Below, one piece after another: positions 60,386 through 64,000 of a stretch of DNA of 64,000 nucleotides. Within the stretch, counting starts at the first letter, position 1. Each line of letters starts with the position of its first letter. The position numbers were made by a program, and so were the translations under genes. The notes under the pieces were generated by a model, which had not been told where the DNA came from, made no database searches, and saw only the letters and a program-made list of their open reading frames with translations. Origin of the DNA: Octopus vulgaris (lineage: Eukaryota); NCBI GenBank assembly GCA_951406725.2, contig OX597832.1:23994001-24058000 (forward strand), written 5' to 3'.

Positions 60386-62473
60386 GTAAGCATTTCTCGC
60401 AACCACACACAAATCCCCCCCCAATTGTCTTTTCAAATCCAAAAACCCAAACATTTTTCTGCCTAGTTTTTCAATATGGCAGAAAAAGAGCGCCCTCCCC
60501 TTCCTCCTACTCACTCGCTACCACTAGTCTTTCTCCACCCCCTCTCTCTTCATCTCTGTATCTATCTAATTTCCCTGGCATCGCTTTCTCTTTCATTCTC
60601 TTTAGTCCTCTCCCTCATCCCCCTTCATTATTATTATTATGCCGGCACAAGAATCCAAGAGACTCGCATGTTTACAATTCCATAGTTTGATCCCTAATAA
60701 ATCCTTGGCGCTCCTTTGTTCGATTTCCCCCTTTCTGACCCCTTCTATTTTCCATCCGTGTCCCCTAATTATGTCCCCACTTACACATCATACCTGTTTT
60801 TTTTTTGCTCTCCTCTATTCCCCTTCAATGACCATAATGCTTGTTTGTTTGTATTATAATATAATATATCTTTATACCTCAGCTATTTCCCGAATATATT
60901 GTCAACCCCTTTCACTTTAAAGATTCCCTTTATTATTAAGATCGCCTATTATTTTTTTTTTCACCTTCTCATTACATACCCAAAGCTTATCACAACGATC
61001 TGGGTTCGAATCCCACCGAGGTCAGCTTCACCCATCGTCCCTTGGGAGCCCACAAAATATATACCAGCCAAGAACTGGGGGAAGAATTGATGGTATCGAC
61101 TAACCACCTTCTTTTAAAATCGCGAGTTTTATACCTAAATTAGAAGCTGTTATTATTATTATTATTATTACTATTATTAGGATTTCGTTGGCGGAATCGT
61201 TAAAGCGTTGGGAAAAAGATTACCTTTCGGTATTTCTTCTTCTTTGCGGTTCTGAGATCGAATCTTGCCGGGGCCAGCTTTGCATTTCAAGGGACGATAA
61301 AATAAAGTATCAGTCATGCACTAGGCCTATGCAATCGACTAAGTCCCTTTCCCTAAATTTCAGACTTTGTGTCTGTATCAGAAACAAACTCATCATGATC
61401 ATTATCATCATCATTATTATTATTATTTAGTTGGCAGAATGGTTGAAGCGTTGGAAAATGCCTGACAATAGCTCTTTCTCTCTGTTTTTTTTTTTCCCCC
61501 TTGGTCCTTTTACGTTCTAAGATCAAAACCCTGCTGAGATTTACTTCGCCTTTTGATTCTTCTTTGGGGATAATATAATGAAGGTAGATGAGGTACCTGA
61601 AGCCGATAATATACTGGAGACTAATCGTCTCCCTTCAAAATTGCCGGCCTTGTGCCTAAACCACAAACCACAAACGGACGAAATGCTTAGCGGTATTTCA
61701 ACTATCTGCCTCTACGTTCTGAGTTCAAATTCCACTAAGGTCAACCTTGCCTTTCATCCTTAATTGATAAATTAAGAACCAGTCGAGTACTGGGGGTCGA
61801 TGCAATCGACTGTCCTCTTCCCCACAAAATCCAGGCCTTGTGCTCATATTAGAAAGGATTATTTATTAAGTAGGAAGAAAGATGGCACTTTCCATGCCTT
61901 GCTTGGAGAAGGCAGGATAATCCGGGACTTTTCACCTCGAATTACCTACTTCAAGGTGGATGATCCCGCCTTTTGGGGATCCTATTTACTAATTATGTAG
62001 ATTGCTTAACCCTATTTTTTATATCATTTTGTTACCTTCTTATAGTTGCAATATCTCCACTTTGATCGATGTAAACCCATCCATTCGTGTCTTGCATCTT
62101 AATCCTTTGACATTGTCCTCGGTATATTTGGGGGCCCTTGTGGCAAAATATAACAAATCGTTACCGTCGTTAATTAATTATTAGTTCGAATCTCGTCGAG
62201 GTTGGTTGGCTGTTGTTTATATCTTTCGTCCGTCCTTCTGGGATTGATTAAAAGTAAAAGTACCAACTAAATACGGATTGTCTAATTACTTTCGACTGAC
62301 ATTTACAACACCGCTGCACTCAAAATTGTATCTCTGTCTCTCTCTATTAGAAAATCATTATCACCATTATTTTCGGCTTTTTTTTTTTTTGACATTTATT
62401 TTTCACATCGATGAAATAAATTGCCAGCCACGGATACAAGGGCCCGCGATTCGATAGCAAATTCTGTTCATAC

Positions 62474-62474
62474 A

Positions 62475-62527
<53 letters not shown>

Positions 62528-62607
62528 TGTATGTGTATGTATGTATGTATATGTATGTATATATTTGTATGTATGTATATATTTGTATGTATGTATGTAT
62601 ATATATG

Positions 62608-62694
<87 letters not shown>

Positions 62695-62733
62695 GTATAT
62701 ATATGTATATATATGTATGTATGTATATATATG

Positions 62734-62771
<38 letters not shown>

Positions 62772-63037
62772 TGTATGTATATATATATGTATGTATATGT
62801 ATGTATGTATATATATGTATGTATGTATATATATATGTATGTATATATATATGTATGTATATATATATATGTATGTATATATATATATGTATGTATATGT
62901 ATATATATGTATGTATATATATATATGTATGTATATGTATATATATATGTATGTATATATATGTGTATATATATATATGTGTATATATATATATGTGTAT
63001 ATATATATATGTGTATATATATATATATATGTATGTG

Positions 63038-63102
<65 letters not shown>

Positions 63103-63118
63103 ATATATATATATATAT
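62474..63118. repeat. ~645-bp (TA/TATG)n microsatellite
   Basis: Direct inspection; source of the long I/Y/V/C/M ORFs. Confidence 0.97.
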
Positions 63119-63399
63119 GCATGTGCCTGGTTAAAATGATTGTTAGTAATAATATTGAGGTGGGCTGGCTGGTAGAAAGAAAATCGTTTTAAGAGCGTCG
63201 TCGTGGGAAAAAATTGCTTTGCTTTATTTCTTCCCCGTTCTCCATGTTCTGAGTTCGAATCTCACATTTTCAACTTAGCACTTAATCTTCCAGGGTCGTC
63301 GATAATACACAGTACCAGTCACGCACAGGGGGTTGATATAATATCGACTGGCCCCTTCCCCCCGAAAGTTTCAGGCCTGGTGCTTTTAGTAGAAAGAAG

Positions 63400-63433
<34 letters not shown>

Positions 63434-64000
63434 GTACCAGTCTTATACTGGTGTCGGTGATTTCGACTGACTCCCTTCCTTCAAAATTGCTGGTTTCTAA
63501 ATTAAAGACCATTATTATTGTTATTTATTTAGTCTAAGAGCAATTGCATTGCCTTCTCCCCGACCCGGCAATCCGGGTTGATAAACGTTCGTTTATATAT
63601 CTTCAAGCCGGTTTCTCTCTCCATATGTGTTGCTGGTTCCCCGTTGAAAAGCAGGCATGAACACTACAACATCCCATTTCGTTTCACTTTCTTATTCATC
63701 CAAGGTTTAGGGGAGAAGATCAAACAAAATCTCACTTTTTTTTCCCCCAACTTCCTCTCATTTCAAAAAAGACGATTCCACTGTAAAAATGCAGAGCGCG
63801 CGCACAATTGTATACATATCTATATGTATGGATTTTCGTGCGTGTATGTATAGATATATATATATGTGTGTATGTGGGGGGGTATATAAGATATATGTTT
63901 ATATAATATGTATGTGTTGATATATATGTTTATATAGTAACATCATTCATTATCTCACATAGTAAAGGCGATGAGTTGGCAGAATCGTTTGGCACGTTGG

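Noticed and set aside
62403-63192. Four ORFs over 200 aa
   Set aside because: Translations of a (TA/TATG)n microsatellite.

Overview
AT-rich, SINE- and microsatellite-dense eukaryotic DNA; the repeat families suggest an octopus/coleoid cephalopod (inference). Four protein genes are supported. (1) Three coding exons of a DIPK2A/C3orf58-like divergent kinase on the minus strand, running off the left edge. (2) An intronless MFAP1 at 21994-23307 (+). (3) A complete 17-exon CCT8 at 33439-59569 (-), 543 aa. (4) Coding exon 1 of macoilin/MACO1 at 60306-60385 (+), head-to-head with CCT8. The main unexplained structure is in CCT8 intron 13: a tandem array of seven nearly invariant, compact box C/D snoRNA-like cassettes (C-D'-C'-D in 53 nt plus an external stem), sense to the host gene. 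A GTAAGT donor and a possible 15-nt microexon lie between every adjacent pair. Also found: a ~360-bp palindrome with a complete minimal type I hammerhead ribozyme motif on each strand (26319-26598), a second C/D candidate and a decayed hammerhead in CCT8 intron 1, a pseudoknot-capable GC island in intron 10, and relics of Penelope-like, gypsy, CR1, RTE, Helitron and MITE elements. Repeat boundaries are approximate and no database searches were run.
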